A stretch of 64,000 bases of DNA, from positions 288,001 to 352,000 of the forward strand of contig OY969801.1 in the NCBI GenBank assembly GCA_963703225.1, written 5' to 3'. The first letter of the stretch is position 1; each line of letters starts with the position of its first letter. The notes beneath the pieces are model-generated. The model was not told where the DNA came from and made no database searches. It saw nothing but the letters and a program-made list of their open reading frames with translations. The stretch comes from Candidatus Eiseniibacteriota bacterium (GTDB lineage: Bacteria; Eisenbacteria; RBG-16-71-46; SZUA-252). Shown piece by piece: positions 29,589 through 39,859 of the stretch. The translations under genes were made by a program, and so were the position numbers.

Positions 29589-32166
29589 GTGAGTCGCCAA
29601 CGCATCGCAGCCGTCGTCATGTTCGGAGCGCTCGTTGGATCTCGCGGACGAGCGCACGGTCCGCAGCCGCCGCCAGCGTCCGCCTCCGAGAACGCGCGCA
29701 CGCTTACTGAGTCTCGGGGTCGTCGACGCCGACACGGGGAGACCCGATTCCGGACGCGCGGATGTCACGTCCAGACCCCTGCCAATCGAGAAGTGATCAC
29801 CGATTCGGACGGCGACGTTTCACATCTCGAGTCGTCTCGATGCGGGCGCAAGAGCTGATCGCGTCTCCGGCTGGCTACGCGCCGCAGCGACCAGCTCGTC
29901 GACGTGGCCGATCCGGGGGCAGTCGCGCAATTTCGCCTCGAGCCGCGCGCGTTCCCCATGCCCGAGATCGAGGTCACGACGACCCGTGCCACAGACCGCG
30001 GCTCGGCCGTCGCGTTCTCGGAGCTGGACCGGCCCGCGATCCAGGAGCACTACTGGGCCCAGGACACACCCATGCTTCTCGCCGAAACGCCCGGCGTCTA
30101 CGCCTACTCCGACGCGGGGAACGGGGTGGGCTATTCCTACGTGAAGATCCGCGGATTTTCGCAGCGCCGGGTCGCGGTGACGGTGAACGGAATCCCCCTC
30201 AACGATCCAGAGTCGCATGAGGTCTACTGGGTGGATCATCCCGACCTCGTCTCCAGCGCCCAGACACTTCAAGTACAGCGGGGCGTGGGGAACGCACTCT
30301 ATGGAGCGAGCGCGGTGGGCGGCTCGATCAACTTCGAGACGCTGACGGCGCCCGGCGATCGATCGATCTCGCTGGAGGTGGGCGGGGGCACCTACGACAC
30401 GCAGCGCTACGCGGTCCAGTACCAATCGGGGCTCCTCGACGACGCCTACTCCATCGCGGGACGCCTTTCTCGCATTTCGAGCGACGGCTACCGAGAGCAA
30501 TCGTGGTCCAGCCTCTGGTCCTACTACTTCTCCGCCTCCCGGCGCGACTCCTGGATCACGACCCGGCTGAATCTCTACGGCGGGCCGGAGCGGCTCCACC
30601 TGGCCTATTACGCGGTAGACCGGTCCTATCTGGACGGCCGGATCACAGGCGACGCCGATCAGGACCGCCGCTTCAATCCGCTCACGTGGGGAGGCGAGAC
30701 CGACAATTTCTTCGAGCCCCACTTCGAGCTGATCCAGGACGTGAAGCTCACCGAGAAGGCGGCGCTGACCTCTTCCGTCTTCTATTTCCCGGGGAAGGGC
30801 TACTACGACGACTTTCCGTACGGCCCCCAGACGTTCGCGTCCCGCCATATTCCCGATTTCACCGTTGGGTCCAACACGCTGTACCCCGCCTCCTACTATG
30901 CCGACACGAGCGGCGTGGGACCCTACACGGTGGTGGCGTCGGACATGACCCAGCGCCTCTGGGTGAAGAACGAGCACTACGGCTGGGTTCCCCGGGCACG
31001 GCTTCAACATTCGAAGGGCGAGCTGACGGTGGGCGGCGAATGGCGCGAGCACGAGGGCCGACACTGGGGCGAGCTGACCTGGTCGGCGGCGCTTCCCCCG
31101 GGCGTCCAGCCGAACGCGGTCTTCTACGACTACACGGGCCGGGTGAACGTCCTCTCGGCCTTCGCCCAGGAGTCGTACCAGCCTGAAGCCCGATCTCCAA
31201 GCCACAGGAAGCCTCCAGTGGCGGCGCACGCGCTACGCCATCGGCGACGACGCCTTCAACGGCTACGACTTCAACCTCCACTACTCGTTCCTGAGCCCGC
31301 GCGTCGGCCTGAACTGGAACGCGACCGACCGGTGGAATACCTTCGCCAGCTACGCGCACACCCAGGTCGAGCCGATCCTGGGCGAGATCTACCGCGCGGA
31401 CGATCCGACCAGCGTTCCACTCTTCCGCGTCGTCGATCCGGCGAATCACATCTATGAGGATCCGCTCATCGATCCCGAGACGCTGAATGACTACGAGCTG
31501 GGCTTCGGCTACAAGAGGGATGCCGTCACCGCCAAGCTGACCGGCTTCTGGCTCGATTTCCGGGACGAGATCGTGCCCAACGGCCAGATCGACCAGTTCG
31601 GCGTTCCGATCACCGGGAACGCGGCGCGCTCCACCCACGCCGGGATCGAGCTGGAATTCACCGGACGCCACCGGAGCGGCCTGGAGCTTTCCGGAAACCT
31701 CACCCTGAGCCGGAACGAATTCGACGCGTACCAGGAGTACGTCGACTCGGTAACCGTGAACGATCTATCGGGGAACACGATCGCGGGATTTCCCGACCGC
31801 TTCGCGAACCTGACGCTGGGCTACCGACGAGGCGGCGTCCTGGCATCGCTGGGGCTGGCGGAGGTGGGGCGGCAGTACCTCGACAACACCGAGGACAATC
31901 GCAAGAATCCAGCGCTGCGGTCGGTCCCCGGATACCAGCAGAAGCTCATCGAGGAGCACGCGTTTGTGAACGGGACCCTCTCGTTGGATCTGGGGCAGCT
32001 CACCAAGTCGCGCCCGCTCGACGCCCAGCGCCTTGCGCTCGAGCTCCACGCGCAAAATTTGACTGACCTCAAGTACGAGACCGCGGGCTACGTCTACGCC
32101 GAGGTCCCGTACTTCTATCCCGCCTCCGGGCGGAGCTTCTTCCTGAGCCTGAAGGCGGAATTTTGA
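29589..32166 (+). CDS. TonB-dependent receptor (putative thiamine receptor), with frameshifts near 29.65-29.9 kb and 31.19 kb
   Basis: Plug motifs KIRGF, VNGIPLND and VQRG..ALYG..AVGG; DPETL; C-terminal GRSFFLSLKAEF; controlled by the TPP riboswitch. Confidence 0.85.
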
Positions 32167-32198
32167 GCTGGCGCCGGACCTCGGGCCGCCCGCAGGCC

Positions 32199-33614
32199 GT
32201 GAGCCACTCGCTCGGCCCGATCGATCTCGCCCTCATAGCGTTCTACTTCGCGTTTCTGGTCTTCGTCGGCCTCCGATTCTTTGGCATCGCCGGGAAAGAC
32301 ACGACGGAGTACCTCGTCATGGGGCGCCGTCTGGCGCTCCCGTCCTTCGTGGCGACCCTCGTCACCACCTGGTACGGCGGCGTTCTCGGCGTCGGCGAGT
32401 ACAGCTACCGCTACGGAATCTCCAATTGGCTCGTCTTCGGGGTCCCGTACTACATCGGCGCGGCGCTCTTCGCAATCTTTGTGGCGCGGCGCGCCCGGCA
32501 GAGCCGCCTCTACACAATTCCCGACCAGCTTGCCCTCGTGTACGGCCGCCCAGCGGGGCTCCTGGGCGCCGTCATTCTCCAGTTTCTCTCGAGCCCCGCT
32601 CCGTACGTCCTGATGCTGGGGGTGCTCCTCCAGGCGATGTTCGGTGGGCCGCTCTGGGTGGCGCTGGTGGTGGGGACCGTCGTGGCGACCGGCTACTCTC
32701 TGCGGGGAGGTCTCCGCTCCGTGGTGCAAGCCGACCTGGTGCAGTTTCTCCTCATGTACGGGGGCTTTCTCGTCGCGCTCCCGCTCCTCGTCTCCCGCTA
32801 CGGCGGGATCGGCTTCCTGCGCGCGCATCTTCCACCAACCCACTTCGTCTGGCACGGCGGGAACGATCCCCAGTACATCTTCGTCTGGTACCTGATCGCG
32901 CTTCAGACGCTGGTCGAGCCGACCTTCTACCAGCGCGCCTTTGCGGCCGTGGACGAGCGGGTGGCGCAGCGAGGCGTCGTGATCTCGATCGCGTTCTGGA
33001 TGCTTTTCGACTTTCTCACGACATTCACCGGGCTCTACGCGCGGGCGCTCATGCCCCACCTCGCCGAGCCGGTCTACGCCTATCCGGCGCTGGCGGCCCA
33101 GTTCCTCCCGCCGATCCTCAAGGGCCTCTTCTATCTCGGGTTGCTTGCCACCGTCATGTCGACCGTGGACGGATACACGTTCATCGGAGGTGTGAACTTT
33201 GGGCGGGACCTCGTCTGGCGCTGGCGCAGGGAGGAGGACGAATCGCGCGTCAACCGCTACGTCCAGATCGGATTCTTCGTCACCGCGCTCCTCGCGCTCT
33301 CGATCGCGCTCTTCTTCCGTTCCGCGGTCGATCTCTGGCACGACGTGGGCTCGGTGGGCGTGTCCGCGCTCTTGGTGCCGCTCCTCTCGTCCTATCACTG
33401 GCGCTTGCGGATGACGCCGCGTGGAGCCGTGGCCGCAATGGCCCTCGCGGGAGGGGTCTCTCTGGCGTGGCTCCTCTGGCGGCGCGTGGGTCCGGGCGGG
33501 GAATATCCGCTCCACCTGGAGCCAATCTACGCGGGGCTCGCGGTGAGCATCTTGATTTGGGGCGCCACTTTCTTGTCCAGAAGACGGAACCTTCCGGCCT
33601 CGGCGGTGATCTAA
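32199..33614 (+). CDS. Sodium:solute symporter (putative thiamine or precursor transporter)
   Basis: YLVMGR, TTWYGG, GGLRSVVQAD, YQRAFAA and MSTVD; about 13 transmembrane segments. Confidence 0.9.
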   Translation: MSHSLGPIDLALIAFYFAFLVFVGLRFFGIAGKDTTEYLVMGRRLALPSFVATLVTTWYGGVLGVGEYSYRYGISNWLVFGVPYYIGAALFAIFVARRARQSRLYTIPDQLALVYGRPAGLLGAVILQFLSSPAPYVLMLGVLLQAMFGGPLWVALVVGTVVATGYSLRGGLRSVVQADLVQFLLMYGGFLVALPLLVSRYGGIGFLRAHLPPTHFVWHGGNDPQYIFVWYLIALQTLVEPTFYQRAFAAVDERVAQRGVVISIAFWMLFDFLTTFTGLYARALMPHLAEPVYAYPALAAQFLPPILKGLFYLGLLATVMSTVDGYTFIGGVNFGRDLVWRWRREEDESRVNRYVQIGFFVTALLALSIALFFRSAVDLWHDVGSVGVSALLVPLLSSYHWRLRMTPRGAVAAMALAGGVSLAWLLWRRVGPGGEYPLHLEPIYAGLAVSILIWGATFLSRRRNLPASAVI

Positions 33615-33619
33615 ATATA

Positions 33620-33745
33620 TGAGAGGGGTGGGTAACCGCCTTCGATCACGCCAGTTAACCTGGGTCGCCTCCTAGCGGGGAGGCTGGCGGCGGTCGGTAC
33701 TCTCAGGAACCGATAGATCCGCGGCACCGCAAGAACCGCGGACGA
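33620..33745. ncRNA. Unassigned structured intergenic RNA candidate
   Basis: Nested helices ACCGCC/GGCGGT, GCCAG/CTGGC and CCTCC/GGAGG, then hairpins TCGGT/ACCGA and TCCGCGG/CCGCGGA, between convergent genes. Confidence 0.35.
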
Positions 33746-33747
33746 CG

Positions 33748-33782
33748 TCCCCGCCGGCGGAGCCCGGCGGGGATTATTTTTT
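33748..33782 (+). terminator. Rho-independent terminator
   Basis: TCCCCGCCGG-CGGAGC-CCGGCGGGGA followed by TTATTTTTT. Confidence 0.75.
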
Positions 33783-33801
33783 CCCCTCGACCACGTCCAC
33801 T

Positions 33802-36236
33802 TTACCAGTCGACCGTCTTGACCTCGCAGAGCACCGACTCGAGATCGTTAAAGACGATCGACTTCGGCTCCGCCGGGACCGCGGGGAGATCGAACTCGGA
33901 GTGGCGGCCCTTGACGAAGACGCGGACCTTGGCGAACCGATCGCCTCCGAGGTCGATGCGAATCGGAACGAACATCTGAAAATCGTCCGGTACATTTTCC
34001 TGGTCGACGCGGCAGGTCACCTTGAATTGGCCGCCGGGCAGCGGAGTGGATCTCCACGAGAACCGATACAGCGGCACGCCCGTGCCGTAGATCCACTCGT
34101 GGAAGAACCAGGTCATGTCGCGGCCAGCATACTTTTCCACAACGTGCTGGAAGTCGGCGGTGGTGGCGTCCCTCTCGGCGTACGTTGAATAGAACTCCCG
34201 CATCATGTCGCCAAACCCGCCGTCCTTCATCGTGTCGAGGTCGAGGAACATGCTTCGCAGCATGTGCAGAACCCAGGCACCCTTCTCGTACACCACGAGC
34301 CGGTAGTCCTCGGGGGTCGTGCTCGTCCGCGTGCGCGGGCCGAGCGAAATCGGCCCCGCCTCCTGTCCGTCCCCAAGCAGGAATTGCCGATTCTGGATGA
34401 TCCGCTCCCGGGACCGCTTCATCGCGTCGAGGAATTTCTTGTTGTCCTTGGTCGCGGCCTGCAGGTAGCAGAGGGCCGAGAACTCGGCGAAGGCTTCGCT
34501 CAACCACCGGTCGTGGTAGGTCGCGGGGGCCACCCCCAGCGCGCCCCACCACTGGTGGGCCACCTCGTGTGAGAGCACAAGCTCGTCGGAGCCCTCGACC
34601 AGCGTGTTGTTGATCGTGCTCCAATCGAGGTGGATGAGACCCGGGAAAGCGATTCCCAGGAGGGAGCTTTCCAGCGGATTCTCGGCGACGTAGAACTTCT
34701 TGAGCTTGCTCGGGCCGTAGAGGACTTGATAAAAGGTCAGGCTGTTCGCGATCTCCGTCCCGACCTGCTTGTCCATGGGCCTTCCCTGGGGCAGCCCTTG
34801 CTCGCTCGGCGACTCTCCGGCGGATTCCTGCAGCCGACGGTGCGCCGCTTCGGACGTCAGTATTGTGACGGGCGGGATCTTCTCCGCACGGATCGTGTGC
34901 TCCTTGTAAATCCCGATCATGAAGGACGACTGGAGAATGGGCGTCGAGACACTCCAACGCGAAGCAAACATGTTCCCCCTTCGCTGCCCTGGAGACGGAT
35001 CCCCCACGGAAACCAGGGTGTATTCCGACGGGTACTCGTATTCCAGCTCGTAGGTCGCGCGCCGCCCCGGCACCATTCGCGGATACCAGAACGTTCCCGG
35101 GTCGAAATGGACCCAGTCGTCCTCGCGCGTCACCACCACGCCGTGATAGGTCACGCGCAACGTTCGCTCCTCGTCGCGCGCCAGCGGGTGATCGCTCCGG
35201 ACCCAGAGGAGGAGCGCCCCCTGTCCTTTGAAAAACTCGGCAGCCTCGCCGCTCTCCCAGCGGACGGAATCAACGTCGAGACTGGGATCCAGGGCGAAGG
35301 CGATCCAGTTCTGGCCCGCCTCGAGCGAGCGGAAACGGGCCTCTTCCTCGCCGGAGAGCTTGAGCCCGCCGTCGAACCGGGTTCGAATCCGGTAGTGGGC
35401 GTCGTCGAAGGTGGACCTGTAGTCACCGGCCGCGGTCGCCTTTCCCGTCGGGACTTTCCGCCGGGGCTCGCCTCGACTCGATCGGCCTCTCGCTCTCGAT
35501 CAGCCTCGAGAGGGAACTGGCAGATCACCTCTCGATTTCGTACCCGGTACTGGAAGAACGTCGCCTTGACCTGTCTCCAGAGTTGAACCTGTTCCCTCTG
35601 GAATGGGTCGATCTCGTAGATGAATCCCTTCGACCCCTTCTGGCCGACGAACGCGAGGAACAGCTCGTTCGACGCCCCCTCGAGGCAGGTCTTGCCGACG
35701 CTGTAGTTGACGTCCTTCGATTTGGAATCGAGGAGAAGGTCCAGGCACTTCTGGACCGCGTCCGGCGCCTCATCGGCGATCGTCCCCATCGTGAATTTTG
35801 CCTCGGCGGCCAGCTCGACGAGGGTGGTGTCCGCGAAGAGGAGGACGATCGTTTCGAATTTGGTCGCCAGCGAATCGGTGTCGTAGAAACGCTTGAGCTG
35901 GTCGCGCTCGATGGTCGTGGGTGGTCGGAAGGCAAAGGTTCCCCGTCCCGTAAACACACAGCCCCATATACGCCCCTCGACGGGACGGAAGAGCGCCATC
36001 TGTCCTTGCGTGAACTGAATGGTCGCCACGTCGCGGCGGAGGATCAGGTTCTGGACGGTCGCGACACGGGCGGGATCGGGCGACATCCCGTCCAGCTCGG
36101 CGAAAATCTTCTCGTACGCGGTGGCGGGAGCCGGGGCGGGGGCCGGTGTTCGGGTGGCTCGGGACGGGACCGCTGCAGCCGTTGGGATCGTGGAGAGAAG
36201 AGCCAGAGCGGCCAACACCAGAGCACGGGGAGCCAT
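33802..36236 (-). CDS. Secreted M1 family metallopeptidase, with an apparent frameshift near 35.47 kb
   Basis: Signal peptide MAPRALVLAAL; HEVAHQWWG..WLSEAF and YEKGAWVLHMLR in the downstream frame. Confidence 0.8.
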
Positions 36237-36454
36237 GCTGGCCGACACCGCAGCGCGGGGAGCCAGGAGAGCCAGGCGGCGGATCCACTCTGGGGCGGCT
36301 CCACCACGGCGATTCACGAAAAGCCTCCGAAGCCATTCGGCTCTGGTCCGGCTGGACGGGGACTCACATTCGAGCATGAGCCGCAGGCCAAGAATTGTCA
36401 ACGCGACGCCTCGACGGTACCGGCCCGCCCCGGCCTCGGCTATTCTGAAGGGCG

Positions 36455-37990
36455 ATGACAGAACCCTCTCCTCTGCCGCTCCGCATGGCGATGGCCTGGG
36501 CACTCTTCGCGGCGGCCGTGGCCACCGCGTTCGCGTTCGCCACGTACCGTGCGCTGCCGCCCGCGAGCGACGCCTGGGACTACGCGCAGGAGGCGCGGCA
36601 GCTGGCGCGTGGCGAGGGATTCACCTCGCTCTACACGTATCCATCGCACATCGGTGAGGATCACCCGCCGTTTCCCGTGCGGTGGAGGATGCCGGGTTTT
36701 GCGTGGGTCGGCGCGGGGCTTCTGAAATGGGGCGTCCCGCTCCCCGCGGGATTCTTCGCGATCGCGATCGCCGCCCACGCGCTGCTCGTGATGCTCGTCT
36801 TTCTCCTCGCCACGCACCTTCACTCGTGGCGGGCCGGAGCCATCGCGGCCGCCGCCGCGATCGCCTCGCCGCTCCTCCTCGATCCCTACGCGGCGGCCCT
36901 GAGCCAGGTACCCACCGCGGCGCTCTCGCTCGGTGTTTGGCTGCTCTTGCTGCGGGGAAGGGGGGTCGCGAGCGCGGCCTCCGCCGCCCTGCTCGCCGCG
37001 GCCGCGTGGTACCTTCGGGGCGAGTCCCTGCTCTTTGCGCCGCTCTGGCTCTGGACGGCGTGGAAGAAGGGCAGCGCGGCGCGGGGCGCGGCGTTCGCGG
37101 TCGCTTACGTCGCGCTCTGCGTGCCCTGGCCTTTCGCGCTCCACGCGATGACCGGCGCCACAACCCCCATCCATGGAAATCCGATGCTTCTCTACACCGC
37201 GCAGTATCCGGGCTATTCCTCCACGCGGACGTATGCCGAGAGTTTGCCCGGTGTCTTGGAGTACGTGGCGCAGCATCCCGCGGCGCTCCTCTGGAGAATC
37301 ATGAAGGACGGCGTTGGCTACGGCGTCGACCTCTTGTGGGGGCTCGGTCCGATCGCCGTGGGATTGGGGATGGCGGGGCTACTCCTGCGCGAGCCGGCCG
37401 TGCGCTGGCGCTCGCTGGCACCCGCCCTGCCGCTCCTCATCGCGGCGGCGCTTCAGATCGCCGCGTTTTCCTGCCTCGAGCGAAGCCCTCGCTTCCTGGT
37501 TCCGGCGCTGCCGCTCGTCTGCGTGGCGCTTGGGCTGGCGGCGGCGCCCGCGCTCGACCGATTCTGCGGCCGGAGCATGGTGCTCGCGATATTCGCTCTC
37601 TTACTGCTCGAGCGCGGCGCGGTGGTGGCGCTTGAGGTGAGAAACGCGGCGCGCCGCTTCCCGCCTCTCCCCACATCGCTCGTGGGCGAGTTGGAGACGC
37701 GGATGAGCGGCGCGCCGAAAACGGCTCTCCTTTGGACCGACGTTCCCGATTGGGCGGCCTGGCATCTCGACCGGTCCGCCCTGTTGCTACCCCTGTGGCG
37801 GCAGATGGCGCAGCTCCAGGCCGATCACCCCGCCGCGGCGATCTTCCTTTCGCCCGAAGCCCGCTCCCGAAACTTGGCCGACGGCGAGAGCGAGTGGGTG
37901 CGCGCCATCGAGCGTGGCGACTCTATTCCCGGGTGGGGTGAGCCGGAGCCGCTCACAGCCGGCTCCCGGCTTTACCGGCGGGAACACTAG
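36455..37990 (+). CDS. Polytopic membrane glycosyltransferase (GT-C / ArnT-PMT-like)
   Basis: TM1 followed by SDAWDY acidic loop, R-x-PG, many transmembrane segments and PRF. Confidence 0.65.
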   Translation: MTEPSPLPLRMAMAWALFAAAVATAFAFATYRALPPASDAWDYAQEARQLARGEGFTSLYTYPSHIGEDHPPFPVRWRMPGFAWVGAGLLKWGVPLPAGFFAIAIAAHALLVMLVFLLATHLHSWRAGAIAAAAAIASPLLLDPYAAALSQVPTAALSLGVWLLLLRGRGVASAASAALLAAAAWYLRGESLLFAPLWLWTAWKKGSAARGAAFAVAYVALCVPWPFALHAMTGATTPIHGNPMLLYTAQYPGYSSTRTYAESLPGVLEYVAQHPAALLWRIMKDGVGYGVDLLWGLGPIAVGLGMAGLLLREPAVRWRSLAPALPLLIAAALQIAAFSCLERSPRFLVPALPLVCVALGLAAAPALDRFCGRSMVLAIFALLLLERGAVVALEVRNAARRFPPLPTSLVGELETRMSGAPKTALLWTDVPDWAAWHLDRSALLLPLWRQMAQLQADHPAAAIFLSPEARSRNLADGESEWVRAIERGDSIPGWGEPEPLTAGSRLYRREH

Positions 37991-38052
37991 CCACCGCGCG
38001 CCGGGCCGGTTCCACCGCGCGTCTGCCGACCCACCCACCAGGCAACCCGCGG

Positions 38053-38682
38053 CTACTGCACCTTGGTGAAGGTGATCTCCACCTGCTTCACATCCTTGCC
38101 GTCCCTGTTGCACGTCATCAAGAAGGTATTCGTGTTCGCGTCGATGATCGTCGTGATCATCTTGACGGCCAGGGGCTTTCCGGTGGTCGGATCATCCATC
38201 GTCGAGTTGATCGTGATGACTTTGCCCGATGCATCTGGCTGGCCGTCCTTGCCCAGGGTCAGCATCGTGCCCCAGTTGTCGACCCAGACGTTGGTAAATT
38301 GCTTCTTCGTATTGTCGTAGCCGAGGATCTCCATCCCTTCGAACGGCATCCCGGCCATGTCGCCCGTGTGCTTGCTCTGGAGGTAGCGCCCGCCCATGAT
38401 CCACGAACGCTGGCACGTCCCCTCGCTCACGGTGGGCTCCGGCCCCCAATACGACTTGGTGCTGGTCTTCCAATTGCCCACGAGCGGATTCAACAACGCG
38501 TGCATCGGGCCGGGAGACGCTTGCCTCAGCATCTCCGCCATCTGGGCGTCCTGCTCGGCCTTCGCCTTGTCGGCCGCGTCTTTCTTGGGCGCGTCGGCCG
38601 CCAGCGCCGCCTGGGCGCCAAAGACGAACAGGCAGACGAACGGGAGGAACCAGTGGACCGGAGAGCGGAATCGTGCGTGCAT
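38053..38682 (-). CDS. DUF1579 family secreted protein
   Basis: PGPMH..L..LVGNW, GGRYL and FEG..ILGYDN..WVDNWGT. Confidence 0.8.
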   Translation of the reverse strand: MHARFRSPVHWFLPFVCLFVFGAQAALAADAPKKDAADKAKAEQDAQMAEMLRQASPGPMHALLNPLVGNWKTSTKSYWGPEPTVSEGTCQRSWIMGGRYLQSKHTGDMAGMPFEGMEILGYDNTKKQFTNVWVDNWGTMLTLGKDGQPDASGKVITINSTMDDPTTGKPLAVKMITTIIDANTNTFLMTCNRDGKDVKQVEITFTKVQ

Positions 38683-38773
38683 CGTAACCTCCTCAGTTCT
38701 CGGACATTGGGTAGGGAATGCGAGACCGAAGAAATTAACACAATTCACGCCCCCCGGCCACGGCCCCCCACAG

Positions 38774-39142
38774 TTACTTCTTGGTCGTCTCCTTTGGCTT
38801 GGACGAGCTGCCGACCGTCACCATCGAGCTGAGCTTCTGGTACTGCTGCTTGGTCACGATCCCCTTCTTCTGCAGCTCATCCTTCGACTTGAACGGCCGC
38901 GCGGCGATGAGCTTCTCGGCCGTCGCGTCGTCAATCCCCGGGAGCGTCATCAGCTGATCCTTTGAAGCCGTGTTGATGTTGACGTGAGGCTTGGCCGGCT
39001 TGCTCGAATCTGAGTGATGGGCCGGCTGCGTGCTCGATGCCGGCGGGGTGGTTGACTGTGGCGTGGCATCGTCCGCGAGCGCGATCACCGGGATCACCAG
39101 TCCGAAAGCCAATGCAGCGAGAAGCCATTTGGAGCGTCTCAT
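38774..39142 (-). CDS. Secreted helix-hairpin-helix (ComEA-like) protein
   Basis: Signal peptide; VNINTAS..L..LPGI..A.K.I..RPF; ATGA overlap with the upstream ORF. Confidence 0.85.
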   Translation of the reverse strand: MRRSKWLLAALAFGLVIPVIALADDATPQSTTPPASSTQPAHHSDSSKPAKPHVNINTASKDQLMTLPGIDDATAEKLIAARPFKSKDELQKKGIVTKQQYQKLSSMVTVGSSSKPKETTKK

Positions 39143-39771
39143 GAGAATTCTCCTAACGAGGGCGATGACAAGCACGCCGCCGTGCCCTCATGGCGGACGG
39201 CGCGAGGGGGGACCATGAGCCCCCTCTGGGACATGGAGCCGACTTGGGATGTGGCTTGGAGGTGTCGCGATGGAGCGGGAAGAAGAAGGACGACCTGTGA
39301 ATCGGAAGCGGGGCGGGAGACGCAGCGGCGAATCGGGGAGCAAGCCCGAGACGCGGAGAGCTGTGGGCCCGCGCGCGGGGGACCGCGCCCTGAATTCACG
39401 AGGCCGTCCAAACTGGAATGGGCGATCGAGCGAAACGCCCCGATGCGCCATGCGAACAATGGAGTGGGGTCGTCCTGGGTCCGAATGAGCGTGGCTGCAA
39501 AGCCATCGGAACGGGAGCGACTCTGGGATCGATGGGAGGCGGTCCGGGCTGGGCTGCGGGAGGGATGATGGGGCGCGGGTCGGCGTGCGGGCATTGGATT
39601 TGGCTGGGACGGGCGGCCCACGCTCAGAACGCGGGTCGTAGATTGCGGCCGGGGTAGGCGCGGGGCGCTGGTCCTCTCGACAGCGTTCCCGGCACTGGCC
39701 GGCGGAGCGTTCCAGAGGAAGGCGAGGACTCCGATCGCCACCCCGAACGCAAGCAACCGCAATGACTTCAT
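39139..39771 (-). CDS. Signal-peptide-bearing low-complexity ORF with RGPPRAGP motif (candidate arrest peptide)
   Basis: MKSLRLLAFGVAIGVLAFLW signal; SGRGPPRAGP at 39364-39393; stop overlaps the next ATG. Confidence 0.5.
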   Translation of the reverse strand: MKSLRLLAFGVAIGVLAFLWNAPPASAGNAVERTSAPRLPRPQSTTRVLSVGRPSQPNPMPARRPAPHHPSRSPARTASHRSQSRSRSDGFAATLIRTQDDPTPLFAWRIGAFRSIAHSSLDGLVNSGRGPPRAGPQLSASRACSPIRRCVSRPASDSQVVLLLPAPSRHLQATSQVGSMSQRGLMVPPRAVRHEGTAACLSSPSLGEFS

Positions 39772-39859
39772 CCCAATCTCCTCGCCGCTCGGGAGACCGA
39801 CCCGGCCCCCCTTACTAGGCGTTTGGAGATACACCTGCCCATTTCCGAGGTTCCGAAAT

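Noticed and set aside
33620..33716. Glycine riboswitch (ACTCTCAGG) or HDV-like ribozyme (AGCCTCCCCGCT...CGAA)
   Set aside because: It lacks the CCGAAG core and a downstream gene for a glycine switch, and the P1/P3/P1.1 pairings of an HDV ribozyme cannot be built.
38748..38769. C/G-tract element CCCCCCCGGCCACGGCCCCCC
   Set aside because: It has only two long G-runs and occurs once; no function can be supported.
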